Origin: an uncultured Haliea sp. | Lineage (GTDB): Bacteria; Pseudomonadota; Gammaproteobacteria; Pseudomonadales; Halieaceae | Length of the DNA: 64,000 bases | Direction: 5' to 3' | Assembly: GCA_963974125.1 (NCBI GenBank) | Contig: CAXBCH010000014.1 | Span: 32,018-96,017, forward strand | Part shown: one piece after another, positions 1-9,531 of the stretch | Layout of the letters: every line of letters starts with the position of its first letter | Numbering within the stretch: the stretch's first letter is position 1 | Notes under the pieces: model-generated | What the model was told of the DNA's origin: nothing | The model's database searches: none | The model's input: the letters and a program-made list of their open reading frames with translations, nothing else | Position numbers and translations under genes: made by a program

Positions 1-441
1 TGCCTGTGGCGTCGCCTGCAGCATCAACGCCAACGGACGGTGGTAGCCCGCCACCGCAGCCATCACCACTGCCCGGAGGCGGCCGTTGGCCATCATGTCG
101 TTGTACAGGGCGCCGTGGGGTTTGACGTAGCTGATCTGCAGGCCGTGACAGACCGCCATGCCGTCCAGGGCAGCGATCTGGTAACGCAGGGCGCTGGCCA
201 GCTCCGCATCATCCAGGTGCATGGTGCGACGGCCGAAACCAACGAGGTCCGGGTAGGCGGGGTGGGCACCGACGCTGACGCCGTGGAGGGCGGCCAACGC
301 CAGGGTCTTGTCTATCGTGACAGGGTCGCCCCCGTGGAAGCCGCAGGCAATGTTGGCCTGGTCGATGTGGGGCATGACGTCGGCATCCATGCCCATTTCC
401 CAGCTGCCATAGCTTTCGCCGAGATCGCAATTGAGTAGCAT
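1..441 (-). CDS. pxpA: 5-oxoprolinase subunit A (LamB/YcsF family), partial, runs off window edge
   Basis: Reverse-strand translation from ATG at 441: MLLNCDLGESYGSWEMGMDADVMPHIDQANIACGFHGGDP...GAHPAYPDLVGFGRR...YVKPHGALYN, hallmark LamB/YcsF motifs. Not in the ORF track because it is truncated. Confidence 0.9.
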   Translation of the reverse strand, partial: MLLNCDLGESYGSWEMGMDADVMPHIDQANIACGFHGGDPVTIDKTLALAALHGVSVGAHPAYPDLVGFGRRTMHLDDAELASALRYQIAALDGMAVCHGLQISYVKPHGALYNDMMANGRLRAVVMAAVAGYHRPLALMLQATPQA

Positions 442-471
442 TGTCTATCCTGTGCGCGCAAACGCGTGTGA

Positions 472-1257
472 TCAGAGTATAGCCAGTTGGCTGTTGCGCA
501 GGTCAGTTACCAGCATGCAGCCCGGGCTGTGGGTAATTGCCAGCGGCGGCCGCGCCTGCTCCAGTGCCACCTGCGGAGTTACGCCGCAGGCCCAGAACAC
601 CGGCAGTTCCCCCGCCTTGATGCTGACCCGGTCTCCGTAGTCGGGTTGCTCCAGGTCGCGAATGCCGATCTGGGCCGGGTCGCCGAGGTGGATCGGAGCG
701 CCGTGGACCGAGGGGAAACGGGTGCAGATCTGGATCGCACGAATGGCATCCGCCGCCCTGAAGGGGCGCATGCTCACCACCATCTTGCCGGTGAAGGGTC
801 CCGCCGGCTGGCAGTCGATATCCGTGCGATACATCGGCACATTGACGCCCTCGGTCACGTTGCGCACTTCCAGCCCATCGGCCAACAGCGCTTCCTCGAA
901 AGAGAACGAGCAGCCCAGGGCGAAGGTGACCAGATCATCCTGCCAGAGGCCGGTGATGTCGTTGCGCTCTTCCTGCAGCTTGCCATCCCTGAAAACCCGA
1001 TAGCTTGGCACGTCGGAACGGATGTCTATATCCCCCAATAGTGGTAGCGCCGGGTCGCCCGGTACCGCGGAGCTGGCGATGAGCGGGCAGGGCTTGGGAT
1101 TGGCCTGGCAGAAGCGGAGAAAATCACTGGCCCAGGTCGCGGGCAGGATGACGATATTGCACTGTACGAAACCGGCGGCGAAACCCGATGTGTTGCCGGT
1201 GTGCTCCCCGTTGCGGATGCGGTGGCGCAGTTCTGCCGGGGTGGAATTGCTGGCCAT
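472..1257 (-). CDS. Putative hydro-lyase, DUF1445/YcsI (D-glutamate cyclase-like) family
   Basis: [20 protein letters not shown] and FWACGVTPQ motifs; start trimmed to MASNS; upstream of pxpA on the same strand. Confidence 0.85.
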   Translation of the reverse strand: MASNSTPAELRHRIRNGEHTGNTSGFAAGFVQCNIVILPATWASDFLRFCQANPKPCPLIASSAVPGDPALPLLGDIDIRSDVPSYRVFRDGKLQEERNDITGLWQDDLVTFALGCSFSFEEALLADGLEVRNVTEGVNVPMYRTDIDCQPAGPFTGKMVVSMRPFRAADAIRAIQICTRFPSVHGAPIHLGDPAQIGIRDLEQPDYGDRVSIKAGELPVFWACGVTPQVALEQARPPLAITHSPGCMLVTDLRNSQLAIL

Positions 1258-1344
1258 GATAAACCTCGTCGGGCGGAGGGCGGGTCCCACCACTGGAGGC
1301 CGCGCCCGGAAAACAGGATAATGTGCTCTTGCCTGCCATCATAG

Positions 1345-2196
1345 ATGATTCCCCTCATGCTCGACCAGTTGCTGCAGATTCTCTCTCCCCGTGCCGCCAA
1401 CGAAGATGTCTTTATCGCCCACAATATGCATCCGGAGGCTCCCCGGGTCTACGGAGGGCAGGTGCTGGCCCAGGCGTTGCGGGCCGCGGCCGCGACCGTC
1501 GCCCCGGATCGGGCGGTGCATTCCCAGCACGCCTACTTCCTCCGCCCCGGCGATCCGGGGGAGGAAATTCGCCTGGAGGTGGACCGGGCCCTGGATGGCG
1601 GCAGCCTCAGTTCGCGCCGGGTTGTGGCCCTGCAGCGGGGCAAGCCGATCCTGGTGTCCTCGGTTTCTTTCCAGCGTGAAGGGCGTGGCGATGAATTCCA
1701 GCAGCCACTGCCGCCAGTGCCGGCGCCGGAAACCCTGCCCAGCGAGCGGGAGCGGGCACTGGCGGAGGGCACCATGGACCAGAGCTTCATGGTGGCCACC
1801 GGCCTGGATCTGGATGTACGGCTGGTGACCCCGGTGGACTGGCGCAATCCCAAACCCCTGCCCCCGCACCTGCAGGCCTGGGTGAAAACCACCGGGCCGG
1901 TGCCGGAGGAGCAGTCCCTGCATGCCAGTCTGCTGGCCTACATGTCGGACATTCTGCTGATTGATGTCTGCCTGGCAGCAACGGGCCGCAGCTTCCTGCT
2001 GGACGACTGCCAGATCGCGAGTCTTGATCATGCCCTCTGGTTCCACAACCCGGTCCGGGCTGACGACTGGCTGTTGCACACGGTCGAGGCCGAGCGGGTC
2101 AGTGGCGGACGCGGACTGGCGCGGGGCAAGTTCTACAACCCGGAGGGAGTGCTGGTGGCCTCGGTGGTCCAGCAGGGCCTGATGCGCCTGCGTTGA
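1345..2196 (+). CDS. Acyl-CoA thioesterase II (TesB family)
   Basis: VYGGQVLAQAL, HAYFLRPGD, DGGSLSSRRV, ASLDHALWFH and SVVQQGLMR motifs. Confidence 0.85.
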   Translation: MIPLMLDQLLQILSPRAANEDVFIAHNMHPEAPRVYGGQVLAQALRAAAATVAPDRAVHSQHAYFLRPGDPGEEIRLEVDRALDGGSLSSRRVVALQRGKPILVSSVSFQREGRGDEFQQPLPPVPAPETLPSERERALAEGTMDQSFMVATGLDLDVRLVTPVDWRNPKPLPPHLQAWVKTTGPVPEEQSLHASLLAYMSDILLIDVCLAATGRSFLLDDCQIASLDHALWFHNPVRADDWLLHTVEAERVSGGRGLARGKFYNPEGVLVASVVQQGLMRLR

Positions 2197-2265
2197 CGCG
2201 TTGCCTCGCCGGATGGGGCACCTTATGATGCTGGGCTGGACCGCGCCCATTATAAGGAACCCGAC

Positions 2266-3855
2266 ATGCCACACCCCGCGATAACCGCTGAAACCTACCC
2301 CCACAAGCCCGCCATCATCATGGGCGGCTCCGGCGAGATGGTCACTTATGCCGAGCTCGACGAGCGCAGCAACCAGGCGGCGCAGCTGTTTCGCTCACTG
2401 GGCCTGAAAAAGGGCGACCATATCGGCATGATGCTGCTGAACTGCCGCCAGTTCCTGGAAATCTGCTGGGGCGCGCAGCGGGCGGGCCTGATTTTCACCC
2501 CCATCAGCACCCACCTGAAGCGTGATGAAACCGCCTATATCCTTGAAAATTGCGGCGCCAAACTGTTTATTGCCTCCCATGGCCTGGCCGGCGTGGCCGA
2601 AGAGGTACTGACCGCCACGGACGGTACCATCCGCCATTTCTACATGGTTGACGGGATTATCGACGGCTTCGAGTCCTGGGACGACAGCGCCGGCCTGCAG
2701 CCTGCGGAGCGCATCGCCGACGAGGCCAACGGAGTGCCGATGCTGTATTCATCCGGCACCACCGGCAAGCCCAAGGGCGTATTCCTGCCGCCCGCCGGCG
2801 ATGACGTCAATACCCCCCATCCACTGGCGGCAAGTCTGGGAGCCGCCTTCGGCTTCAGCGAGGAAACGGTGTACCTTTCGCCGGCACCGCTTTACCACGC
2901 AGCCCCGCTGCACTACAACATGATGACGCTGTACCAGGGCGGTACCACCGTGGTGATGGAGAAGTTCGACCCCGAGGCCGCCCTGGCGCTGATCGAGGAA
3001 CACCGCGCCACCCACAGCCAGTGGGTGCCCATCATGTTCGTGCGCATGCTCAAGTTACCTGAGGAAGTGCGTAACAAATACGATCTCAGCAGCATGCAGT
3101 TTGCCATTCACGCCGCCGCACCGTGCCCGATTGAGGTGAAGGAAAAAATGATCGAATGGTGGGGCGAGGTCATCGTCGAGTACTACGCCGCCAGTGAAGG
3201 TATCGGCATCACCATCATCGATTCCGCCAACTGGCTGACCCACAAGGGTTCGGTAGGTCCCTCCCTGTCCGGCAAGATCCATATCCTCGATGACGATGGC
3301 AAGGAACTGCCCCCCGGCGAGATCGGCACCGTGTATTTCAGCGGTGAGCAGGCCCAGTTCAAGTATCACAACGAGCCTGACAAGACCGCCGAGGCTTTCA
3401 ATGAACACGGCTGGGCCACGACCGGTGATGTCGGCTACCTGGACCGGGACGGCTTCCTGTACCTGACCGATCGCAAGCATTTCATGATCATCAGCGGCGG
3501 CGTCAACATCTACCCGCAGGAAATCGAGAACCTGCTGATCACCCACGACAAGGTGGCGGATGTGGCCGTGTTCGGGATCCCCAACGAGGAGTTCGGAGAA
3601 GAGGTCAAGGCAGTAGTGCAGCCCATGAACTGGGTGGATGCCACCGATGAAGTGGCAATCGAGATCATGGAGTGGCTGCGCGAGCGCATCTCCCACATCA
3701 AGTTGCCGCGGTCGCTGGATTTCCACCGCGAGCTGCCGCGGATGGACAACGGCAAGCTGTACAAGCGGCACCTGATGGAAGAGTATCGCGGGGCGACCCG
3801 CACGGATGAGAAAGGTGACATGCTGGACAAGGGCAAGAATCCGCCCGAGGGGTAA
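2266..3855 (+). CDS. Acyl-CoA synthetase (AMP-forming ANL family)
   Basis: YSSGTTGKPKG P-loop, EYYAASE, TTGDVGYLD and ISGGVNIYPQEIE. Confidence 0.9.
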   Translation: MPHPAITAETYPHKPAIIMGGSGEMVTYAELDERSNQAAQLFRSLGLKKGDHIGMMLLNCRQFLEICWGAQRAGLIFTPISTHLKRDETAYILENCGAKLFIASHGLAGVAEEVLTATDGTIRHFYMVDGIIDGFESWDDSAGLQPAERIADEANGVPMLYSSGTTGKPKGVFLPPAGDDVNTPHPLAASLGAAFGFSEETVYLSPAPLYHAAPLHYNMMTLYQGGTTVVMEKFDPEAALALIEEHRATHSQWVPIMFVRMLKLPEEVRNKYDLSSMQFAIHAAAPCPIEVKEKMIEWWGEVIVEYYAASEGIGITIIDSANWLTHKGSVGPSLSGKIHILDDDGKELPPGEIGTVYFSGEQAQFKYHNEPDKTAEAFNEHGWATTGDVGYLDRDGFLYLTDRKHFMIISGGVNIYPQEIENLLITHDKVADVAVFGIPNEEFGEEVKAVVQPMNWVDATDEVAIEIMEWLRERISHIKLPRSLDFHRELPRMDNGKLYKRHLMEEYRGATRTDEKGDMLDKGKNPPEG

Positions 3856-3861
3856 TGCAGT

Positions 3862-3894
3862 GGCCTGCCCCCGCGGTTGCTGCGGGTGCAGGCC
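3862..3894. terminator. GC-rich stem-loop between convergent genes (possible bidirectional terminator)
   Basis: GGCCTGC-C-CCCGCGG-TTG-CTGCGGG-T-GCAGGCC; no strong U tract. Confidence 0.4.
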
Positions 3895-3906
3895 CTCGGC
3901 GATCCT

Positions 3907-4383
3907 TCAACGTTCGGCGACTTCCTGCCCGGACTGCAGGCTGCGCCCCGTCCTGCTGGCATGCATTTCCTCAAGACCCAGATGGCCCACGTTGCTGACC
4001 GCTTGATCCATCGCCGCCTCCAGGCAGGCCCTGCGGTCCCGGTTCATGGCGGCATTGCGGATGTCGGCCCGCGGAGAACACACATCGCTGGTCGCCTGGG
4101 TCAGGCGCACGTAAAGCTGCTCCAGGCCCGCGGGCCGACTCAAGTCGAGATCTGCCCAGGTGACCGTCGCTGACCGTTCCGTGCGCCCGGCAGCGGGGAA
4201 GCGTACGAAGTTGGCCCGGGTATCGCGAGTGATTTCCCGGGCGGTGGGCTGCTCCATGATGCGGCGGTAGTCCTCCGCTGCGACTGTCTGGCTGTTGACC
4301 AGTGGCAGGGCCAACGCCAGTGACAGGATCGCGGTGGCACCCAGGGGCAGTTTGCTGAGCTTCTCATTTTTTACAGTTTTCAT
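3907..4383 (-). CDS. UrcA family secreted small protein
   Basis: N-terminal signal peptide; V-x-W-A-D-L-D-L-S-x-x-A-G-x-x-x-L-Y-x-R-L-x-x-A...VC...RAC...A-M-D-Q-A-V core with a Cys pair; SD GAGGA upstream. Confidence 0.8.
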   Translation of the reverse strand: MKTVKNEKLSKLPLGATAILSLALALPLVNSQTVAAEDYRRIMEQPTAREITRDTRANFVRFPAAGRTERSATVTWADLDLSRPAGLEQLYVRLTQATSDVCSPRADIRNAAMNRDRRACLEAAMDQAVSNVGHLGLEEMHASRTGRSLQSGQEVAER

Positions 4384-4487
4384 GAGGTGTTCCTCGCTTG
4401 TGGGCTTTCGTTTACGGGCTTTTCGCCGGGAGGTATTCCCTGCTGTTCAGCCCTGAGCCAAGTTGAGCACAGGCGTTGGTGCGGCGC

Positions 4488-4560
4488 CGGATGAAGCCGT
4501 GATTTCGCCGGGAGGAAGTTGTGATTTACCTCTGATGGAAATGTGATGGCATGTAAATCA
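4488..4560. promoter_or_regulatory. Array of 11-bp-phased (G/C)TGAT(G/T) repeats plus 8-bp inverted repeat; putative OmpR-type wHTH operator
   Basis: GTGATT 4499, GTGATT 4521, CTGATG 4532, GTGATG 4543; degenerate copies at 4488 and 4510; inverted repeat TGATTTAC 4522-4529 / GTAAATCA 4553-4560. Confidence 0.55.
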
Positions 4561-4736
4561 ATAGGTTAGAGGCTCCTTCATGTCCGCGCCGCCGCTGGTA
4601 TCTGGCGAGCGCGGCATCTTTGCGGATCCGGTACCAGGCTGATCGGGTTCTGCCCGGGTGCCCGCCCGGCGCCTGTGACCCGATACGGGGCGAGGTCTGG
4701 TAAGCTTGCAAGGAGATTGACAGCAAGGATGGCGAC

Positions 4737-7079
4737 ATGGCGCGGCAAGTCCGCTTTGGTGACTGGCATTTTTGCCGCGACACCGGTGTGCTCGACAGGG
4801 ACGGTACGGTGGTTTCCCTGGAGCCGCGGGTGGCCGCGCTGCTGCAGCACTTTCTCGATCATCCCGGTGAGCTGCTGAGTCGCGACCAGCTGGTTGCGGA
4901 GGTCTGGGAGGGCAGGGTGGTGTCTGACGACGCCATCCGCCGGGCGGTATCGTCGCTGCGTCGCGCCCTGGCGCTGGATGGCAGCGACAAGCTGATCACT
5001 ACCGTGCACAAGAAAGGCTATCTGGCGAGTCTGCCGGTGCCAGTTCCCGTGCCGGCGCCGGGGCCAGCGCCAATGCCGATGGATGCTGGAGTTGAAGCGG
5101 CGCCAGCTGCGACTCGGCGCCGCAACCCGGTTTTGCCGCGACGATCGCTGTTGCTGCTGGCGGTCATGCTGTTATTCACGACCCTCGGTGCGGCCTGGCA
5201 CCTGCTGCAGTCCCCGATCCCTGACGCCCAGACTGACGATGTAAAGGGCCCGCCCTACACCCTTGCGGTGCTGCCGTTTGTGGACCTGAGTGAAAATGCG
5301 GACAACGGCTTTCTGGCCGACGGGCTGGCGGAAGAGCTGCTGGGGCTGCTGGGGCGCTTCGATGCATTCCGGGTACCCGCCCGCAGTTCCTCGTTTCAGT
5401 TCCGGGGCCAGGTGGTCAGCCCGCGAGAGGTCGGCGAGGCGCTGGGGGTGCGCTATCTGGTTGAAGGCAGCGTCCGGCGGGATGGCGACCAGGTCAGCGT
5501 TGATGTGCGTCTTGTTGAGGCTGCTACCGGCTTTCAGCTGTGGTCGGAAAACTACCAGCGCGACCTCGCGGGTTTGTTCGCCCTGCAGTCGGACATCGGC
5601 ACCCAGGTCGCCCGCGCGCTGCAGGTGGCCCTGGTGGAGCCGACGCTGCCCGCCGCCCGCGCGCTGGAAGCTGCCGGGCCCGCGGGTGCCAAGGCTTACC
5701 TCGAATACCTGCGCGCCCGGCAGCTGATGAGCAGCTGGGGAACCGCCGACCTGGAGGCAGCTATTGCTCATCTGCAGAACGCCATTGCCCTGGCGCCGGA
5801 TTTTGCCCCGGCCTATACCCGCTTGGCGGAAGCGATACTGACACAGGCCAGTGGTCGGGACGATAACGCGCGGATGCAGACCCGCGACACAGTAAAGGCC
5901 CTGATCGAGAAATCCCTGGCGCTGGATCCGGATCTGGGTGAAGCCTACGGCCTGCGCTCCAGCTTGTGGCCAGACGGGGAAGAAGCGTTGAAGGAGCAGG
6001 ATCTGCGCCGGAGCATAGCGCTCAGCCCGAGCTATACTTTGGCCTATCGATGGCTCGCGGAGTATCTCTATTTTCAACTCGGACGAGGCGATGAGGCAAT
6101 TGCGTTGATAGACCAGGCCCGGGCTCTGGATCCCCTGTTGCCTCGCAACCATTACCTCAAGGCGTTGATGATGCTGGACAGTTGTGAGCACGAGCGGGCC
6201 GCAGAGCTTGCCCGGGACGCGCTGCGGGTCAATCCCCGCTTTCGCTCCGGACTGGTCATGCTCGCCCGGGTTGCCGAACAGCGGGGCGAGCTGGCCGAGG
6301 CGGTGCGGCTGCAGGAGCAGGCACTCGAGCTGGATCCCCGCGCCGACTGGCTTAGAGAGCGGCTGCACATGACCTACACAGATCTGGGAGATATTGCCGC
6401 CGCGCGCGAGATGGGCGGCGATCATTTCCGGACCCTGCTGCGAGAGTCTCTTTTCCTTGCGAATCATGCTGCGACGAGTGATTTGATTTATTCGGCCGAA
6501 CCCCTTTCTCCGGAGGCCGCACCGCATCGTCTCTGGAGACAAACCGACGTGCTCCTTGTTACCGCCATGACCAGCGGAGATTATGCCCGGGCCCGCCGCT
6601 ACCTGAGTGACCATCTTGAATACAATGGTGGGCTGCCGCAAACCCTCGCCCCCAAAGACCTCTTTTATCTGCTCAATATGGTTCTCGTCTGGTATGGGCC
6701 GGACCATGACACCGCGGCCCAGGGCCTGATAAATCGTCTGTGGACGGAAATGAACGCAATGCGGGGGGAGTTCCGGAGTTGTCTGGCCAGCTATCAACCA
6801 CTGGCGCATGCGCTGGCCGGCGTGAGCCTGGGGCGCCATGACGAGGCAATCGCAGTGCTTGAGAGCGCAATCGACAACGCAGACATTGCGTCCAGCTGGC
6901 ACTGGATCATCCTCAACCACCCTGCATTTGCTCCTCTGCTGGAGGAACCCCGGCTGCAGGAATTGTTGCAGCAGCGGCAGGCTGTAGTGGCGGAGCAGCG
7001 CGAGATTCTGGAAAGGATGCGTGCCGAAGGCGTCGTGCCGCTGCGGGGGCAGGGCAGCGGAAGTCCCGCGCCGGGCTGA
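4737..7079 (+). CDS. CadC/ToxR-like membrane one-component regulator: wHTH + TM + TolB-like N domain + TPR (paralog 1)
   Basis: N-terminal Trans_reg_C (SRDQLVAEVW...ITTVHKKGY), one hydrophobic TM, LAVLPFVDLS...GLAEELL TolB-like domain, A-x-x-LDP TPR repeats. Confidence 0.85.
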   Translation: MARQVRFGDWHFCRDTGVLDRDGTVVSLEPRVAALLQHFLDHPGELLSRDQLVAEVWEGRVVSDDAIRRAVSSLRRALALDGSDKLITTVHKKGYLASLPVPVPVPAPGPAPMPMDAGVEAAPAATRRRNPVLPRRSLLLLAVMLLFTTLGAAWHLLQSPIPDAQTDDVKGPPYTLAVLPFVDLSENADNGFLADGLAEELLGLLGRFDAFRVPARSSSFQFRGQVVSPREVGEALGVRYLVEGSVRRDGDQVSVDVRLVEAATGFQLWSENYQRDLAGLFALQSDIGTQVARALQVALVEPTLPAARALEAAGPAGAKAYLEYLRARQLMSSWGTADLEAAIAHLQNAIALAPDFAPAYTRLAEAILTQASGRDDNARMQTRDTVKALIEKSLALDPDLGEAYGLRSSLWPDGEEALKEQDLRRSIALSPSYTLAYRWLAEYLYFQLGRGDEAIALIDQARALDPLLPRNHYLKALMMLDSCEHERAAELARDALRVNPRFRSGLVMLARVAEQRGELAEAVRLQEQALELDPRADWLRERLHMTYTDLGDIAAAREMGGDHFRTLLRESLFLANHAATSDLIYSAEPLSPEAAPHRLWRQTDVLLVTAMTSGDYARARRYLSDHLEYNGGLPQTLAPKDLFYLLNMVLVWYGPDHDTAAQGLINRLWTEMNAMRGEFRSCLASYQPLAHALAGVSLGRHDEAIAVLESAIDNADIASSWHWIILNHPAFAPLLEEPRLQELLQQRQAVVAEQREILERMRAEGVVPLRGQGSGSPAPG

Positions 7080-7171
7080 CCCGAATCCGCAGGCACTGCG
7101 GGGCACCGCCCGTCCCGCGCGCAGGCGAGAGCTGGTAAGCTTGTGGGCGGCGTGACTGCAGGGAAGGCGAC

Positions 7172-9520
7172 ATGGCGCGGCAAATCCGCTTTGGTGACTG
7201 GCACTTTTATCCCTATACCGGGGTGCTCGAGAGGGAGGGGGCAGCGGTCTCACTGGAGCCTCTGGTAGCGAGCCTGCTGGAATATTTTCTCGACCACACC
7301 GGCGAGCTGCTGAGTCGCGACCAGCTTATTGCGGAGGTCTGGGAGGGCAGGGTGGTGTCTGACGACGCCATTCGCCGGGCGGTATCCTCGCTGCGGCGCG
7401 CCCTGATACTGGATGGCAGCGACAAGCTGATCACTACCGTGCACAAAAAGGGCTACCTTGCGAGGCTGCCCCGCGTCGAGCCGCTGCCGCCCGATGCTGC
7501 TGTGCGGCCCCCCGCCGAACCGGCGCTTCCCGCTGCCCCGGTGTTGTCCGCCACCAGCTCAGCCCCCCGGGCTGTCGCTGGTTCCTTCAACCCTGCTATT
7601 GCGCGACGTCCACTGCTGCTGGTTGTATTGTTGTTGCTGGTCATGCTCGCCAGTGTCTGGGCCTGGCTGCAGCGGCCGCCGCCCGCCGCCACCGCGATGG
7701 ATGATCCGCCCTACACCCTGGCGGTGCTGCCCTTTGTTGACCTCAGCGAGAATGCCGACAATGCCTGGCTGGCGGACGGTCTGGCGGAGGAGCTGCTGGG
7801 ATTGCTGGGGCGCTTCAGTGACTTCCGCGTAGCTGCCCGCAGTTCCTCATTCCTGTTTCGCGATCCGGCGGCCAGTCCGCGGGAAGTGGGGACGGCGCTT
7901 GGGGTGCGCTACCTGGTGGAGGGTAGTGTGCGCCGGGATGTCGATCGGGTGCGCGTTGATGTGCGGTTGCTGGATACCGATTCCGGCTTCCAGCTCTGGT
8001 CGGAAAACTACACTCGCGGCCTGTCCGGTCTGTTGGCGTTGCAGTCGAATATCGCGACCCAGGTGGCACGGGCACTGCAGGTGGTGCTGGTGGAACCGGA
8101 GCAACCGGGTGCCCTGGCGCTGGAAGATGCAGGAGCCGAGGGTGGCCAGGCCTATCTCGAATACCTGAGGGCCCGGCAACTCACGGCCAGTTGGGCGACG
8201 GCCGATCTGGAGGCCGCTGCCCTGCGTTTGCAGAACATCATTGACCTGGCACCGGACTTTGCCCCGGCCTACGCGCAGTTGGCCGAGGTCATGCTGATTC
8301 AGGCCAGTCGGGGCGGGGGCGAACAAGGCCCACCGAAGCGCGAGCTTGCTGCCACCCTGGTGGAGAAAGCCCTGCAACTGGATCCCGATCTTGCGCCTGC
8401 CTACACCATACGGGCGGGCCTGTACCGCGATCCCGGAAATCCTGCAGTGGAGGCCGACCTGAGGCGCAGTATCACCCTGAATCCCAGCTACCCCAAGGCC
8501 TACGAGATTCTCGCGCAAAGGCTGTTTGCCAGCGCCGAGCGGCGGCAGGAAGCGCTGCAGCTGATTGATCAGGCCCGCGCGCTGGACCCGCTGCGCGCCC
8601 GGCTACATCATGTCAAAACCTACATGACCTTTGATCTCTGCCAGCTCGACGCTGCCGAGGATCTCGCCCGGCAGGCACTGCGGGTGAATCCCCGGTTTCC
8701 CGCTTCCCTGGTGATGCTGGGTCACATCAACAGCTGGCGGGGGGAGCTGGCGGAGGCGGTGAAGCTGCAGGAGCAGGCGCTGGCTATGGATCCCGACAGT
8801 ATCTGGACGCGACAGCACCTGCACAACGCCTACCTCGTGCTCGGGGAACGGGAAGCGGCGCGACAGGTGGACGTCAGCAGCGCCCGGTCGCTGTGGGCCG
8901 AGCGCCTGCTGCTGGAAGGTCCAGCCAGCGCGGGGGAGCTGGTCTACGGCAGTGACGCCGCCACCATGCGGCGCCAGCTGGGGCCCTGGTCCGAGACCTA
9001 CTCGGTGCTGGCGGCCGCGATTGTCAGCGGCGATTTTGCGCTTGCGCAGCGGCATATCGAGGAGCGGTTCGGCTTCGATGGCGGCCTGCCGGAGCACATC
9101 GATCCCGCCGAGTTGACGGCGCTGGTGAACATGGTGCTGATCTGGTTCGGAGGCTCGCTGGATCAGCGGGGCCTGGAGCTCATGCAAGACCTTGACGCGG
9201 AGATGGCGAGACAGGACTTGCAGGCTCCCAACTGCCTGCAGGGCCACATGCCTCTCGCGCGGGCGCTGGCGGCAACGGCCCTGGGAGAGCCCGACCGCGC
9301 GCTCGGTCTGCTGCGGGAGGGGGAGCAGCGGAACCGGCTTGCCGGCGGCTGGTATCGTTTGCTGGAGGTCCAGCCCGCGTTCGCGGCGCTGGTCGCGCAT
9401 CCGGAATTTACCGCCCTGCAGCGCGACTGGGAGCAGCGCCTGGCAGACCAGCGGGCACAGCTGGCGCAGCTGCGGGAGAATGGCAGCATCCCCGACCGCC
9501 GGGCGGCACCGCCGGGTTGA
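7172..9520 (+). CDS. CadC/ToxR-like membrane one-component regulator: wHTH + TM + TolB-like N domain + TPR (paralog 2)
   Basis: Same architecture as 4737-7079; tandem duplicate. Confidence 0.85.
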   Translation: MARQIRFGDWHFYPYTGVLEREGAAVSLEPLVASLLEYFLDHTGELLSRDQLIAEVWEGRVVSDDAIRRAVSSLRRALILDGSDKLITTVHKKGYLARLPRVEPLPPDAAVRPPAEPALPAAPVLSATSSAPRAVAGSFNPAIARRPLLLVVLLLLVMLASVWAWLQRPPPAATAMDDPPYTLAVLPFVDLSENADNAWLADGLAEELLGLLGRFSDFRVAARSSSFLFRDPAASPREVGTALGVRYLVEGSVRRDVDRVRVDVRLLDTDSGFQLWSENYTRGLSGLLALQSNIATQVARALQVVLVEPEQPGALALEDAGAEGGQAYLEYLRARQLTASWATADLEAAALRLQNIIDLAPDFAPAYAQLAEVMLIQASRGGGEQGPPKRELAATLVEKALQLDPDLAPAYTIRAGLYRDPGNPAVEADLRRSITLNPSYPKAYEILAQRLFASAERRQEALQLIDQARALDPLRARLHHVKTYMTFDLCQLDAAEDLARQALRVNPRFPASLVMLGHINSWRGELAEAVKLQEQALAMDPDSIWTRQHLHNAYLVLGEREAARQVDVSSARSLWAERLLLEGPASAGELVYGSDAATMRRQLGPWSETYSVLAAAIVSGDFALAQRHIEERFGFDGGLPEHIDPAELTALVNMVLIWFGGSLDQRGLELMQDLDAEMARQDLQAPNCLQGHMPLARALAATALGEPDRALGLLREGEQRNRLAGGWYRLLEVQPAFAALVAHPEFTALQRDWEQRLADQRAQLAQLRENGSIPDRRAAPPG

Positions 9521-9531
9521 GCGCCTTCTGT

